This document shows positions 36,927-49,859 of a stretch of 64,000 nt of DNA, in pieces. Each line of letters opens with the position of its first letter. The stretch's first letter is position 1. The notes under the pieces were generated by a model. It had not been told where the DNA came from. It was given only the letters and a program-made list of their open reading frames with translations, and made no database searches. The position numbers and the translations under genes are program-made. The DNA is from Squalus acanthias (taxonomy: Eukaryota), in the NCBI GenBank assembly GCA_030390025.1, contig CM059438.1, forward strand, positions 61,320,001 to 61,384,000. The letters run 5' to 3'.

Positions 36927-37975
36927 AACTCACTGAGGACAGGACTGTATGCCGATTGTAGACAATGATTGGGGCTATACCTTTTCATGTTTTTGAATGT
37001 TTTACTAAACAAGTTCCGCCATTTAAATCAACCTTTATTTTAAATTCTGAATTCATTTGTTTTAATCCTTCCACGTTGATTTTGCACTTCAATAAGGGGA
37101 GAAAAACCTGCGGTGATTTTTACAATTGTATGTTTTTAAGCTTCAGTTGGTTGTTTGCACCGCAGTTATCTATAATCACCCCTTGAGCGAACCCCACTGT
37201 TTGCCGTAGTTCCATTTTATCTGAAACAATTTTCAGTTCAAGGTCAGTGGAATATTTCAAATTCAAAAACAGTCAAACAGACACAACAGTCACTTTTGCT
37301 CACTTTCCCACAATGGATAATGAGGCGACGGCTTTGAATTCATTGATAAAATATAATAAATAATTAGAACACAGAGGCGGGGTTGTTAAGCTGCTTATAC
37401 ATAGCTGAGGTTAATCTAGATCAAGCCAAGGTTAAACTAGTGGCATTTGGCACACAGTTGAGTCAAACCAGTCCTGTCTTCGTAGAATCCAGGACAAAGC
37501 AGCGCTATTTACATGGAGTGAATGTGAAACCAAATACGTTCACACCTCAGACTGACTTCAGCTCAAACCCAAACGCAAATCTGGCTCGAAAGCTCAAGTC
37601 CAAACCCGGGTCCAAATCTGAATCCGAACCAGGATCCAAATCTGGGTCTGACTCTGAAGCTGAACCCAAGTTTGAACCCAAACCCAAACCTGAACCACAA
37701 ACTCGGACAGGGTTTGTCCAAAAGCAAATTGGACAAGGCCCTCAGCCCGCAATGGTAGCAGACCCAGAGCCACCACAGGCACTCAGACGAAGAGTAGAAA
37801 GACCATCCGATCTTCAGATGGATCCTCGTGCTTCATTCGAAGACCGCATGATTCAAACACTTTTAAGGAAAGCGGTCACAAAGGCTCCAGCAGTCTCAAA
37901 GCTCATCGCTGACTCGCTGTGTTGGTTTACAATCGGAGCCAATGCTGGGCATCAAGAAACTCCAGCCAACCTCTT

Positions 37976-39299
37976 GGGGTGGAGTTTCCTCTTTGAGTGC
38001 AATCAGCGACCCAGGCACAAATTGCGCCAAAAATTGTGCCAGTTTTGAACCGCTCACTCATTTGAATATCGACGAATGCAAAATCTGCCATAAACCAGCA
38101 CAATCTGGCAGCGTTTTATAACATAATTTTTTTTTTTAATTTTGCTTTAAAATTCCTTGATATATGTAAGAGTGGTAACTTGGTGCAGTTTGATCAATAC
38201 AGCTGAATATGGGTTTATCACAAAAAATAAGCACCCTTAATCACAGCGTCAATCCACCACTTCTGAGTAACTTGATTTTAAATTAATGAAAATGACTTTT
38301 AAAAAATATACAGAACCATTTGCTAGTTATATTGTGGTACAGTAGTCAGTTTCTTAGTAAATTTTAAAATACGTTAAAAAGCTGTTAAATGTGCCGAATA
38401 GTATCCTTGCGCCCAAAGGATCCAGCTTAATTTTTAGAGCCTCCTCGAAGGCCTGCAAACAAGCCCAATTACTGGAAACTCCCAATGGTGATTGAGTCAC
38501 CCTGGGGGCGTGGCCAGTTTTGTGGTCGGGGCCTGCTTCTAGCGCGATGTTTTTTAAACGAGCGCAAAAGATCACGGAAACTCGAGTTGCGCTGAACGTA
38601 AATTCATAGAATCATAGAAATTTACGGCACTGAAGGAGGCCATTCGGCCCATCGTGTCTGTGCCGGCCGCAAAAGAGCTATCCAGCCTAATCCCACTTTC
38701 CAGCTTTTGGTCCGTAGCCTTGTAGGTTACATCAAGTGTATATCCAAGTACTTTTTAAATGCGATGAGGGTTTCTGCCTCTACCACCCTTTCAGGCAGTG
38801 AGTTCCAGACCCCCACCACCCTCTGGATGAGCAAAGTTCTCCTCAACTCCCCTCTAATCCTTCTACTAATTACTTTAAATGTATGCCCCCTGGTTATTGA
38901 CCTCTCTGCTAGGGGAAATAGGTCCTTCCTATCCACTCTATCTAGGCCCCTCATAATTTTATACACCTCAATCAAGTCTCCCCTCAGCCTCCTCTGTTCC
39001 AAAGAAAAGGACCCCAGCCTATCCAATCTTTCCTCGTAGCTAAAATTCTCCAGTCCTGGCAACATCCTCGTAAACCTCCTCTGTACCCTCTCTAGTGCAA
39101 TCACATCCTTCCTGTAATGTGGTGACCAGAACTGTACGCAGTACTCTATCTGCGGTCTAACTAGTATTTTATACAGTTCAAGCATAACCTCCCTGTTCTT
39201 ATATTGCGCTTAAACTTCCACAATCCTTTGCACAGGTTATGCCGATATCGGGAGAATTGTGTCAACAAAACCAGCGCAACCGAGCAGAAACTCTACCCC
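37976..39299. mobile_element. Harbinger-type MITE split by a CR1 insertion
   Basis: TIRs GGGGTGGAGTTTC and GAAACTCTACCCC (12/13 match) around an AT-rich core. No TSD could be recovered; a SINE abuts the right end. Confidence 0.5.
38606..39203 (-). mobile_element. CR1 3' fragment
   Basis: ORF 38727..39185 (LVRPQIEYCVQFWSP...WNSLPE). Confidence 0.93.
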
Positions 39300-39302
39300 A
39301 CA

Positions 39303-40203
39303 GGTGTCAGCCTTGGCTCAGTGGTAGCACCCTCGCCTCTGAGTCAGAAGGTTGTAGATTCAAGACACACTCCAGAGACTTGAGCACATATTCTGAGATG
39401 ACACTCCAGTTCAGTACTGAGGGAGTGCTCCACTGTCGGAGGTGCCGACTTTCAGATGAGACGTTAAACCGAGGCCTGGTCTGACCTCTCAGGTGGATGT
39501 AATGGATCCCATGGCACTATTTGAAGAAGAACAGGGGAGTTCTCCCCAGTGTCCCGGCCAATATTTATCCCTCAACCAACATCGCTAAAACAGATTATCT
39601 GGTCATTATCTCATTGCTGTTTGTGGGAGCTTGCTGAGCGCAAATTGGCTGCCTCGTTTCCTACTGTCGTATGAGAAGAGATTGAGTAAACTAGGCCTGT
39701 ATTCTCTTGAATTCAGAAGAATAAGAGGGGATCTCATTGAAGCATACAAAATTATTACAGGGCTTGATAGGGTGGATCTGGGAGAATGTTTCCCTTGGCT
39801 GGGGAGTCTAGAACCAGGGGCCACAGCCTCAGGATAAAGGGTAGGCCATTCAGGACTGAGATGAGAAGACATTCCTTCACACAGAGGGTGGTGAATCTTT
39901 GGAATTCTCTACCCCAGAGGGCTGTGGAGGCTCAGTCATTGGGTATATTCAAAACAGAAGTCGAAAGATTTCTGACTAGTAAGGGCATCAAGGGATATGG
40001 CGATAGGGCCGGTGAATGGAGTTGAGGCAGAAGATCAGCCTTGATCTCATTGAATGGGCGGAGCAGGCTCGAAGGGCCGAATGGCCTACCCCTGCTCCTA
40101 TTTCTTATGTTCTTATAACAGTGACTCCACTTCAAAACTGTAAAGCACTTTGGGACATCCTGAGGCCGTGAGGGGCACTTTTTGAATGCAAGTTCTTTCT
40201 TTC
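39303..40203 (+). mobile_element. Full-length Deu-domain SINE interrupted by a CR1 3' fragment (~39665-40115)
   Basis: The SINE reads ...TTTCCTAC, then the CR1 fragment, then resumes at AACAGTGACT... and ends in GCAAGTTCTTTCTTT. Confidence 0.9.
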
Positions 40204-41499
40204 AATGGTAAATTTTTGAAATTGCTGCATTTTATTGGATGCTTACAGCAATATGGTCACTCAAGACGCCGTCAGCTCAACACAAACCACCGCAACGTGG
40301 CAGCCTTTTGCTTTATTACATATTTATTTACATATTTCGCGGTGGCTGTGACCCTGCTGTAGCCTGAAACTGTGAGTGAGGCTCAGACAGAAGGTCCACT
40401 GTTTGCACAATCACACAGTAGCGACCTCGAGCCTGACCAGGCTGTGAGTAATGTGGCTCCAGGCTGAAGTTGGTTCCCATAAGTCTTTAACTGCAGAGCT
40501 GCTGAAAGATCAATTCCAAGTCAAAGAGGGATTTTAAAATGGGGCCGAGCCAACTTTAGGACTACTTTCAAATTGAGATTCCCATCGTCCGAATCATTTT
40601 AAATAGCACGTCTCAACATCTGTTTTGAACAGAAATCTCACCATCAGAAGCTATCTCGCCATCAGGCCCCTAATGCTGAGATGAACGTGGGCGGCGCAAC
40701 AGCAGATGGCTGCAAATTGTTCCCCCCATTACCCAGTCTGTACTGCACATGGCCCAAGAGCTGACATTAAAGCCTTGACTTTAACCTTACCTCGCCCAGC
40801 GGGAACAAGGCAGGTTGGGGATTGGGTGGGACTTTAAGCCTCTTGACTTCAATGAAGAGTAAATATCGGGCGGGGAGTAAAACGGGTGTCCGGTCTGAAC
40901 TGAACCGAACCCGCCCCGTTCCCACCGCACGGTTTAGGTACAAATCGGGGCGTAAAGGCACAAGACGGGGATGGATTGCAGCCTTTATCTGGTGTGTATT
41001 ACACAAGGCCTATTCTGTGAGGCTGTGCACACTGCCGAGCCTCGCTGGTGGATCGCGCAGGACGGGAAAGCGGAACTCCGATCCTGCACTCACCCGATTT
41101 TTTACCAAGCAATTAGGCCTCACTGCAGGCCTTCGACCCCCCCTCCACCACCATTAGCATATTTCAATTATTTTAATATGGTTCCATGCAGAAGGTCCCA
41201 CAGTAGGGTGAGACTCCTCTCCCATCATGCTCCACTCCCATCATGCTCCTCTCCCATCATGCTCCACTCCCATATAAAATGGGCACAGCTGTGAAGAGCA
41301 GGCCTGACCCACCTCATAGCTTTCCATTTACCTTGGTTACTGTAGGAGTGTGAATAATCATTTCAGGGCTGATTTTGGTTACTGAGTATCTCTGTTTGGC
41401 TGCACTGTACGTATATTTCTGGGAGCCTCTATTTTTGGTCCTCTTTTGCTGCAGCTTGTACCTTTGAAACAGACTGTAGAAGAAGCAACCAAGCAAGGT

Positions 41500-41783
41500 G
41501 GGAGGATGGGAATCGCTTTGGGCGGCCTTCGCCCGATCATTGGCGACCATGCCTTCAGCTGTCTACACTATAAATTCTGGAATTTCCTCCCTAAACCTTT
41601 CCACCTCTCCCTCCTCCTTTAAGACGCACCTTTAAACCTACCTCTTTGACCAAGCATTTGGTCACCTGTCCTAATGTCTCCTTCTTTGACTCGGTGTCAA
41701 TTCTTTTCTCTGTTTAGGCTCCTGTGAAGCGCCTTGTGACGTTTTACTACGTTAAGGCGCTATATAAATGCAAGTTGTTGTTG
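41500..41783 (+). mobile_element. L2 3' end
   Basis: GGCGCTATATAAATGCAAGTTGTTGTTG tail, matching the 59300-59541 region. Confidence 0.85.
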
Positions 41784-42175
41784 GGCGTTCCAATTGCTCT
41801 GCATATTCCGGATGAGAAGGATGAATTCATCAGGGCCCAGTATCTTCAGGTACCAAGGCACTTCAGTGGCTTTGTGCACTCTCTGTGATACCCCAGGATC
41901 TGAGAATACAGGCCAGGGCTGTCATACCTCAGGAGGTCCAAAGAGACTGGTCTTCACGACTTGCACTTCACCAGAGAGGCAATGACCATGCTATGCCACC
42001 CGCTGAAAGCTGGCCTTCACGGACTGGCATGACGCTACCCGTAGCTGTGCAGGTAACGAAGGCATTAAGGGCTACCAGCTCTTTCCAGGTCACCGCAGAT
42101 GACAGCCGCTGTTGTCCACAGAGGTGGGAAGCAAGTGACAAACGCCGCGTTTGGTAGTGAGAAGATCCTCATAAC

Positions 42176-44134
42176 AGATACAAAGGACTAAAAACAGTGG
42201 AAGCCCTAGAGGAGTATAGAAAGTGCAGGGGGGTACTTAAAAAAAAAAATTAGGAGAGCGAAGAGGGGGCATGAAAAAACACTGGCGGGCAAAATAAAGG
42301 AAAGTCCCAAGGTGTTTTATAAGTATATTAAGGGCAAGAGGATAACCAGGGAAAGAGTAGGGCCCATTAGGGACCAAAGTGGCAATCTGTATGTAGAGCC
42401 GGAAGATGTAGGTGAGGTTTTAAATGAATATTTTGCATCTGTGTTCACTATGGAGAAGGGTGATGTAGGCATAGAAATCAGGCAGGGGGATTGTGATATA
42501 CTTGAACAAATTAATATTGAAAGGGAGGAGGTACTAGCAGTTTTAGCGGGCTTAAAAGTGGATAAATCCCCAGGCCCTGACAGGATGTATCCCAGGCTGC
42601 TGTGTGAGGCAAGGGAGGAGATTGCAGGGGCTCTGACACAAATTTTCAGAACCTCTCTGGCCACAGGGGATGTGCCAGAGGACTGGAGAACAGCTAACGT
42701 AGTATCATTGTTCAAGAAGGGTAGTAGGAATAAACCAGGGAATTACAGGCCAGTGAGCCTAACATCAGTGGTAGGGAAATTATTGGAAAAAATTCTGAGG
42801 GACAGAATTAGTCTCCACTTGGAGAGGCAGGGATTAATCAGGGATAGTCAACATGGCTTTGTCAGGGGGAGATCATGTCTGACCAATTTGATTGAATTTT
42901 TCGAGGGGGTGACTAGGTGTGTGGATGAGGGTAGTGCAGTTGATGTAGTCTACATGGAATTCAGTAAGGCATTTGACAAAGTCCCACATGGGAGACTGGT
43001 CAAGAAGGTAAGAGCCCATGGGTTCCAGGGCAATTTGGCACATTGGATCCAAAATTGGCTTAGTGGCAGGAGGCAGAGGGTGATGGTTGAAGGTTGTTTT
43101 TGTGACTGGAAGCCTGTGTCCAGTGGTGTACCGCAGGGATCGGTGCTGGGTCCCTTGCTGTTTGTAGTGTACATTAATGATTTAGATATGAATGTAGGAG
43201 GTATGATCAGTAAGTTCGCAGATGACACGAAAATTGGTGGAGTGGTAAATAGTGAGGAGGGAAGCCTCAGGCTACAGGACGATATAGACGGGATGGTTAG
43301 ATGGGCAGAACAGTGGCAAATGGAATTTAACCCTGAAAAGTGTGAGGTGATGCATTTTGGTAGGACAAACAAGGCAAGGAAATACACAATGAATGGTAGG
43401 ATCCTAGGAAGGACAGAGGATCAGAAGGACCTTGGTGTGCATGTACATAGATCCCTGAAGGCAGCAGGACAGGTAGATAAGGTGGTTAAAAAGGCATATG
43501 GGATACTTGCCTTCATTAACCAAGGCATAGAATATAAGAGCAGGGAGGTTATGATGGAACTGTACAAAATGCTAGTTAGGCCACAGCTGGAATACTGTGT
43601 GCAGTTCTGGTCACCACACTATAGGAAGGATGTGATTGCATTGGAGAGGGTGCAGAGGAGATTCACCAGGATGTTACCTGGGCTGGAGCGCTTCAGCTAT
43701 GAAGAGAGACTGGACAGGCTGGGGTTCATTTCCTTTGAGCAGAGAAGGCTGAGGGGGGACCTGATTGAAGTGTACAAAATTATGAGGGGCATAGATAGGG
43801 TAGATAGAAAGGAACTTTTCCCCTTAGTAGAGGAGTCAATAACCAGGGGGCATAGTTTCAAGGTAAGGGGCAGGAGGTTTAGAGGGGATTTGAGGAAAAA
43901 CTTTTTCACCCAGAGGGTGGTTGGAATCTGGAACTCACTGCCTGAAAGGGTGGTAGAGGTAGGAACCCTCACAACATTCAAGAAGCATTTAGATGAACAC
44001 TTGAAACGCCATAGCATACAAGGCTACGGACCAAGTGCTGGAAAATGGGATTAGAATAGACAGGGCTTGATGGCCGGCGCGGACACAATGGGCCGAAGGG
44101 TCTCTTTCTGTGCTGTATAACTCTATGACTCTAT
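42176..44134 (+). mobile_element. Young 5'-truncated CR1 LINE
   Basis: Long uninterrupted ORF2 segment with a CTCTATGACTCTAT tail. ATAAC flanks it at 42171-42175 and 45031-45035. Confidence 0.95.
42312..44054 (+). CDS. CR1 ORF2 C-terminal 580 aa (RT domain, no endonuclease), probably non-functional
   Basis: KSPGPD, NYRPVSLTS, GVPQGSVLGP and FADD are present. Motif A reads YMEFSKAFD, with Glu where other copies have Asp. Confidence 0.85.
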   Translation: MFYKYIKGKRITRERVGPIRDQSGNLYVEPEDVGEVLNEYFASVFTMEKGDVGIEIRQGDCDILEQINIEREEVLAVLAGLKVDKSPGPDRMYPRLLCEAREEIAGALTQIFRTSLATGDVPEDWRTANVVSLFKKGSRNKPGNYRPVSLTSVVGKLLEKILRDRISLHLERQGLIRDSQHGFVRGRSCLTNLIEFFEGVTRCVDEGSAVDVVYMEFSKAFDKVPHGRLVKKVRAHGFQGNLAHWIQNWLSGRRQRVMVEGCFCDWKPVSSGVPQGSVLGPLLFVVYINDLDMNVGGMISKFADDTKIGGVVNSEEGSLRLQDDIDGMVRWAEQWQMEFNPEKCEVMHFGRTNKARKYTMNGRILGRTEDQKDLGVHVHRSLKAAGQVDKVVKKAYGILAFINQGIEYKSREVMMELYKMLVRPQLEYCVQFWSPHYRKDVIALERVQRRFTRMLPGLERFSYEERLDRLGFISFEQRRLRGDLIEVYKIMRGIDRVDRKELFPLVEESITRGHSFKVRGRRFRGDLRKNFFTQRVVGIWNSLPERVVEVGTLTTFKKHLDEHLKRHSIQGYGPSAGKWD

Positions 44135-45029
44135 GGGGGAGAAATTCAGTATCGCCCCATTTGGGGCGCAATTATCGGCTGGGTGCAAAGATTAGCGCCT
44201 GGCGCTAATTATCGCCTCCGACTGCAAACTTGACTTTTATCGCCCCTGGAGGTGATTGGAGCGCTAAATCAGGCGCTTCACACCTGTCTTAAGGCGCAAA
44301 GGCCGAGGAGCGAGGCGCTACCTCAGAGCGCTGGCGAAGCTCATGTGATGTCAGTCAGCAATGGAACACACACACAATGGCGCCGGCCAGTTCTTAAAGG
44401 GGAGGGTTGATCTTGCTCTCCATCCACATCCTGCTCATTGCAGCCTTGAATCTCGGCCTGGAGAGACCTGTACATCAAATCTGCTGGAAAGAACAATGGA
44501 GAGGCCCAGGGAAAGAGCTCAGGGTGCAGCCCCCACAATCTCTTCTAAATCGATACAAGGAAGGGCAAATCAAAATGAATCTGCAAAGTGCTGCTCAGTA
44601 CCCAAAACTCCTTCACACAGCGTTGAATCTCTCCAGAAGTCTCTCTCTCTCTCTCTCTCAGAATGCGTGGTTCAAAAATGTCACCAACAATAAAAGGCAG
44701 GAAGCGGTCGCCTTTAAATAGCGCTCCCCCAGTCCCTTCCTGACTGCAAAACGCTCCCCTCAACCTGTCGTTGCTAGCAGCAGGCAGTAAGGCAGGGGGC
44801 GCCACTCAATATCCGCTCCGGGGCACTACCGGGGCATTGCGCACTCGACTGACGTCACGATCTGCCGGCACAGGAGATCGTGGCAGTAGTGTTTAGCGCC
44901 ACCACAAAATGTCTAGTTAATTTCGCGAGCGGCGCAAACATCGCCGCGCCCGGGCGCTAGTTGCTTTGCGCTCCATTAACGCCCTCTTAAGGTGCTAACG
45001 GGAGGCGCAACCAACTGAATTTTTCCCCC
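44135..45029. mobile_element. Non-autonomous Harbinger derivative, 895 bp
   Basis: TIRs GGGGGAGAAATTCAGT and ACTGAATTTTTCCCCC, TSD TAT. Both arms align with the ends of 18777-23010. Confidence 0.93.
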
Positions 45030-47142
45030 TATAACTTTCCTAGTGGAAAGGAACCAGCATCTGGAGAGGGCACAGAACGTTTCTAACCAAGAGCACAGGG
45101 CATCATAGATGGTACCCATAATGGTCATTAGGTCTTCATTTGTGAACCCCAACATTTGCATGAACAGCAAGGGAATCACTCTATAAATGTGTAGGTGATA
45201 AGTGACCATCCAAACATCATCCCATATAGCAATGCCTGCATTCCTGGGAGTTTCCTGGGAACTTTAATTCTGCCGCTATGCCAGAATTATTGGAGCGGCC
45301 TCACCAAAGGAATGGATGGCTTTTTGGAAGATCAGGGCTATCCCTAGCAGCCCTGACTGATGACACCTGTCAAGAATGCCCAGAACGCAGCGGAATGATG
45401 GTACAATGCCACGACCAGAATTACTGTAGGGCAGACCATCGGCATGTTCCATCAACACTCGGGAGGGGTGGTGCTGTACAGACCTGCCAAGGTGAGCAAG
45501 ATCGTTACTGTGTACTGCCATCAGAGAACTAGCTTTGCAGCAGGCTGAGGGAGCCCAAAGACCTGGACCTCTCCAGGAGGAGGAGGAAGAGGAGGAGGCC
45601 AGCCTAGAGGGAGCTGATATGCCAGCATGTAGAGTGGAATGAGACGTACGGATTGACAACTACTTTCATCAATGGACACCTCCTGTCACTGTCCAGCTGT
45701 GCTATGGAAGTACGCACCTTGTAGCCCATTAAACATGACACACGTTCATTCCAGTCACCTTGCATTGCCCTCTTTTTGCCTCGAACCAGCAGTTACAGCC
45801 ATGTTGTGATTCTTTCCAACAAACATTGGAAGGATATGCTGGTAGGATTAGATGAAATAGGGAGGGAGGAGGCTCTTGTGGAGCATAAGCACCAGCGCAG
45901 GTTATTGAGCTGAACGGTCTGTTTCTGTGCTGCAAATTCGATGGAATTCTATGTAAAACAGGACCCAGTGTAACACAATGAAGCATGACTAGGACCCAGT
46001 GGTCAATTAGACACGCAGATTAAAGCTTAATGTTCAAAACAAGTGAAATTTATTCACCCACGGCAGCTGTGTCTTTAAGTGCAGCGATGAACAGAACAGA
46101 ACAGTAACAGGGATTGCTTTCCAGCATACACCTTCTCACTCTTAGCTCCTTCCTCTCCAACCTCCCCCAACTGAACTATTTCCCTGCCTTTAATCCTTCC
46201 AGGCTGGGAGACAGTCCTGATTGGCCTGAATTGCCTTTAACGAGTTCTTCAGGCTATACCACCTTGCCTTGGTCATTCTGACATTTTATACAATTTCTTA
46301 AAGCTGTGCCCCGATAGCGGATACAGAACTCTCAAAGGCCTATGGCTCACATGTCCTCCCTTTCTCACTCTGTTCCACCAGACCTTCATTTAACTGGTAC
46401 TATTTACATTGCACTTAGCTCTCCCATCCCTCATGCCTTCATGTCCCCCTTGGTAACCCTCAAACTAAGACTGTGGTGAAGGGCTCCCCAAGTGGAAAGG
46501 TCAACTTTGGTGGCAAATTGTTGTCAGCTGCTGTAACCCAGTTGGGATGGTCATGAGCTTGAACTTCTGGGTGTTGGGTCATGCAACATCCCTGCAAACC
46601 TGCAGTGACGGGCAGCGCCTGTCCGTTCTCCACCATTACCATCACTCCTTTCAGGGGCCTGGGCTGGTGTGGAGAATTGTGCCAATTCATTGACCGAAGA
46701 TCCTTCTCTTGCCACACACTCAGTGCTGGGCATCCTGCTGTGATCTGCTTTAGAATAGACCTTAGGGTGTTGCCAGTGTGGGTGAATTCCACCATCACTA
46801 TGCTTTCCACATGATCACCCCATTTATCAAATCCCGCAGTGGCAGAATTCTATAGCTGAGTGCTCAAGGCTGCACTAATCACAGAGTCTATGAAAGAGCT
46901 CTGTACTTTGCTCCCCTCCTCATTGCTTCGGGGCTCCGCTGCAGAGGCCCGTGAAGATGCCACTTGCTCCATGGTTCTTTACATGTCAATAAATCCCTCC
47001 TATAGGACTGCAGTGATGTGAGAGGTGCTTTCCTGCACATTCTCTAACAGGCAGTGAAGGCTCTCTTAGCGGACTTAAGGATGTAACCAAGGAGCATCTT
47101 GCTCCTGCATTAACTGCCACCTGAAGGCAGGCCAGTAGGATA

Positions 47143-48823
47143 CCAATCCATTGCCCACCAATCCATTGCCCACCAATCCATTGCCCACCAATCTATTGCC
47201 CACCAATCCATTGCCCACCAATCCATTGCCCACCAATCCATTGCCCACCAATCTATTGCCCATCAATCCATTGCCCACCAATCTATTGCCCATCAATCCA
47301 TTGCCCACCAATCCATTGCCCACCAATCCATTGCCCACCAATCCATTGCCCATCAATCTATTGCCCACCAATCCATTGCCCACCAATCTATTGCCCATCA
47401 ATCCATTGCCCACCAATCCATTGCCCACCAATCCATTGCCCATCAATCCATTGCCCATCAATCTATTGCCCACCAATCCATTGCCCATCAATCTATTGCC
47501 CATCAATCCATTGCCCACCAATCCATTGCCCACCAATCCATTGCCCATCAATCCATTGCCCATCAATCTATTGCCCACCAATCCATTGCCCATCAATCTA
47601 TTGCCCATCAATCCATTGCCCGCCAATCCATTGCCCACCAATCCATTGCCCACCAATCCATTGCCCACCAATCCATTGCCCATCAATCCATTGCCCATCA
47701 ATCCATTGCCCATCAATCCATTGCCCACCAATCCATTGCCCATCAATCCATTGCCCACCAATCCATTGCCCATCAATCCATTGCCCATCAATCTATTGCC
47801 CACCAATCCATTGCCCACCAATCCATTGCCCATCAATCTATTGCCCATCAATCCATTGCCCATCAATCCATTGCCCACCAATCCATTGCCCACCAATCCA
47901 TTGCCCATCAATCCATTGCCCACCAATCTATTGCCCATCAATCCATTGCCCATCAATCCATTGCCCATCAATCCATTGCCCATCAATCCATTGCCCACCA
48001 ATCCATTGCCCATCAATCCATTGCCCATCAATCCATTGCCCACCAATCCATTGCCCATCAATCCATTGCTCACCAATCCATTGCCCATCAATCCATTGCC
48101 CATCAATCTATTGCCCATCAATCTATTACCCATCAATCCATTGCTCACCAATCCATTGCCCATCAATCCATTGCCCATCAATCCATTGCCCATCAATCTA
48201 TTGCCCACCAATCCATTGCCCATCAATCCATTGCCCATCAATCCATTGCCCATCAATCCATTGCCCACCAATCCATTGCCCACCAATCCATTGCCCATCA
48301 ATCCATTGCCCATCAATCCATTGCCCACCAATCCATTGCCCATCAATCCATTGCCCATCAATCCATTGCCCATCAATCTATTACCCATCAATCCATTGCC
48401 CACCAATCCATTGCCCATCAATCCATTGCCCATCAATCTATTGCCCATCAATCCATTGCCCATCAATCCATTGCCCACCAATCCATTGCCCATCAATCCA
48501 TTGCCCATCAATCCATTGCCCATCAATCCATTGCCCATCAATCCATTGCCCATCAATCCATTGCCCGCCAATGCATTGCCCATCAATCCATTGCCCATCA
48601 ATCCATTGCCCACCAATCCATTGCCCATCAATCCATTGCCCATCAATCTATTACCCATCAATCCATTGCCCATCAATCCATTGCCCACCAATCCATTGCC
48701 CATCAATCCATTGCCCGCCAATGCATTGCCCATCAATCCATTGCCCATCAATCCATTGCCCACCAATCCATTGCCCACCAATCCATTGCCCACCAATCCA
48801 TTGCCCATCAATCCATTGCCCAT
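47143..48823. repeat. 15-bp minisatellite, about 112 copies
   Basis: Unit CCAATCCATTGCCCA with variants TCAATC and AATCTA. It accounts for ORFs 47075..48823 and 47151..48926. Confidence 0.98.
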
Positions 48824-49859
48824 GCTGTTGGCAATTGGCCGGCAGCCTCACCAAATTGTTCTGGTTCCTCTCCTGTCACCTCCACTTGCTCCTCCTGTGA
48901 CTCGTGCTGCGAGCGCTCAGTGCTAGCATGTGTGACAGTTCCTGGTGTCAGTTGGACTTCTGTCAGGTGTCAAGGTATCGAGTTGCCACTTGAAAGTGCC
49001 TAGAGGACAAGAAAAGGAAGAAGATTCACAATGTAATGCCTTCAAAAAGTAAGATCATGAGACATTTTGAGCACCTTGAAGATGTTTTGCAAGTGTAGCC
49101 CCAGCAGGGAGGGTGAAGAAACGAGTGTGGTCAGGCTAATAATAAATGGAGGATATCTGCTGGCTGATGCCATCGTGCCTCCAAATTCACCCTCACCAAT
49201 CCCAGGCGGTCAAAGTCTAGCACGGACATTTTCTTCCTTCCTCCAAGGCAGACTCGCCTTGCAGCCGGGAAGAGCACTGGGCACCAGTGTTCTCCCTAAG
49301 ATGCACGGCCACGCGGCCGCGCACCAATGGCGAGGTCCTGCGCAGGCCGTTCACCAGCTGCTGCCGCTGGAAGAGATACCGCGCACGCACGGCCACGCAG
49401 CAAACCTAAAGGGCCACACGCAGGGGAAAAAAAAATCAGTGGGAACATTGCTGGGCACCCTGCCAAAGTTATGCAAATGGGCCTGACCCTGAAAAATCTG
49501 CCGGGATCAGTGCTCCAGGAGACAGTTGGGTGCAAAACCCACCCACCATGGATCCAGCTGGCTCTTCACCAGGTTTGGAAAAATTGAGCTCTTCCGCTCC
49601 CTGTAACTGGCAAGCAGCAGCCCTTTACTAGCTGCTGCTTGGCCCAATTTTCCGATTGGCAGGCATCCCGTTTGCAGGCCTGATTCCCTGCACACATTTT
49701 TCATGTGAAGGGAGCCCAATCAATTAAGGCGAGGGGCCTAAATCAGACAACTGGGCCAGGCCAGCCTCTCATGCTGCCAGCGAGGATACAACACAGCCCC
49801 GATCATCCTGGAATCAGAAACATAGGTCCTTACACATACAGCAGTTGACACTGAGGCAT

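Larger units (their letters stand above)
41885..45670 (+). pseudogene. Old Harbinger transposase pseudogene in two pieces (~41885-42175 and ~45030-45670)
   Basis: Frameshifted motifs LHFTREAMTMLCH and LPVAVQVTKAL..TSSFQ, then QGIIDGTH, HSINV, DQGYP, LMTPV, TIGMF and a poly-Glu tail, collinear with the intact transposase. Confidence 0.8.

Noticed and set aside
42312..44054. Active CR1 element
   Set aside because: It is 5'-truncated with no ORF1 or endonuclease domain, and motif A has Glu in place of Asp.
47075..48926. 582/591-aa GNGLM and PINPL pentapeptide ORFs resembling antifreeze or structural proteins
   Set aside because: A 15-bp tandem unit open on both strands explains them, and the variants are mostly non-synonymous on both strands.
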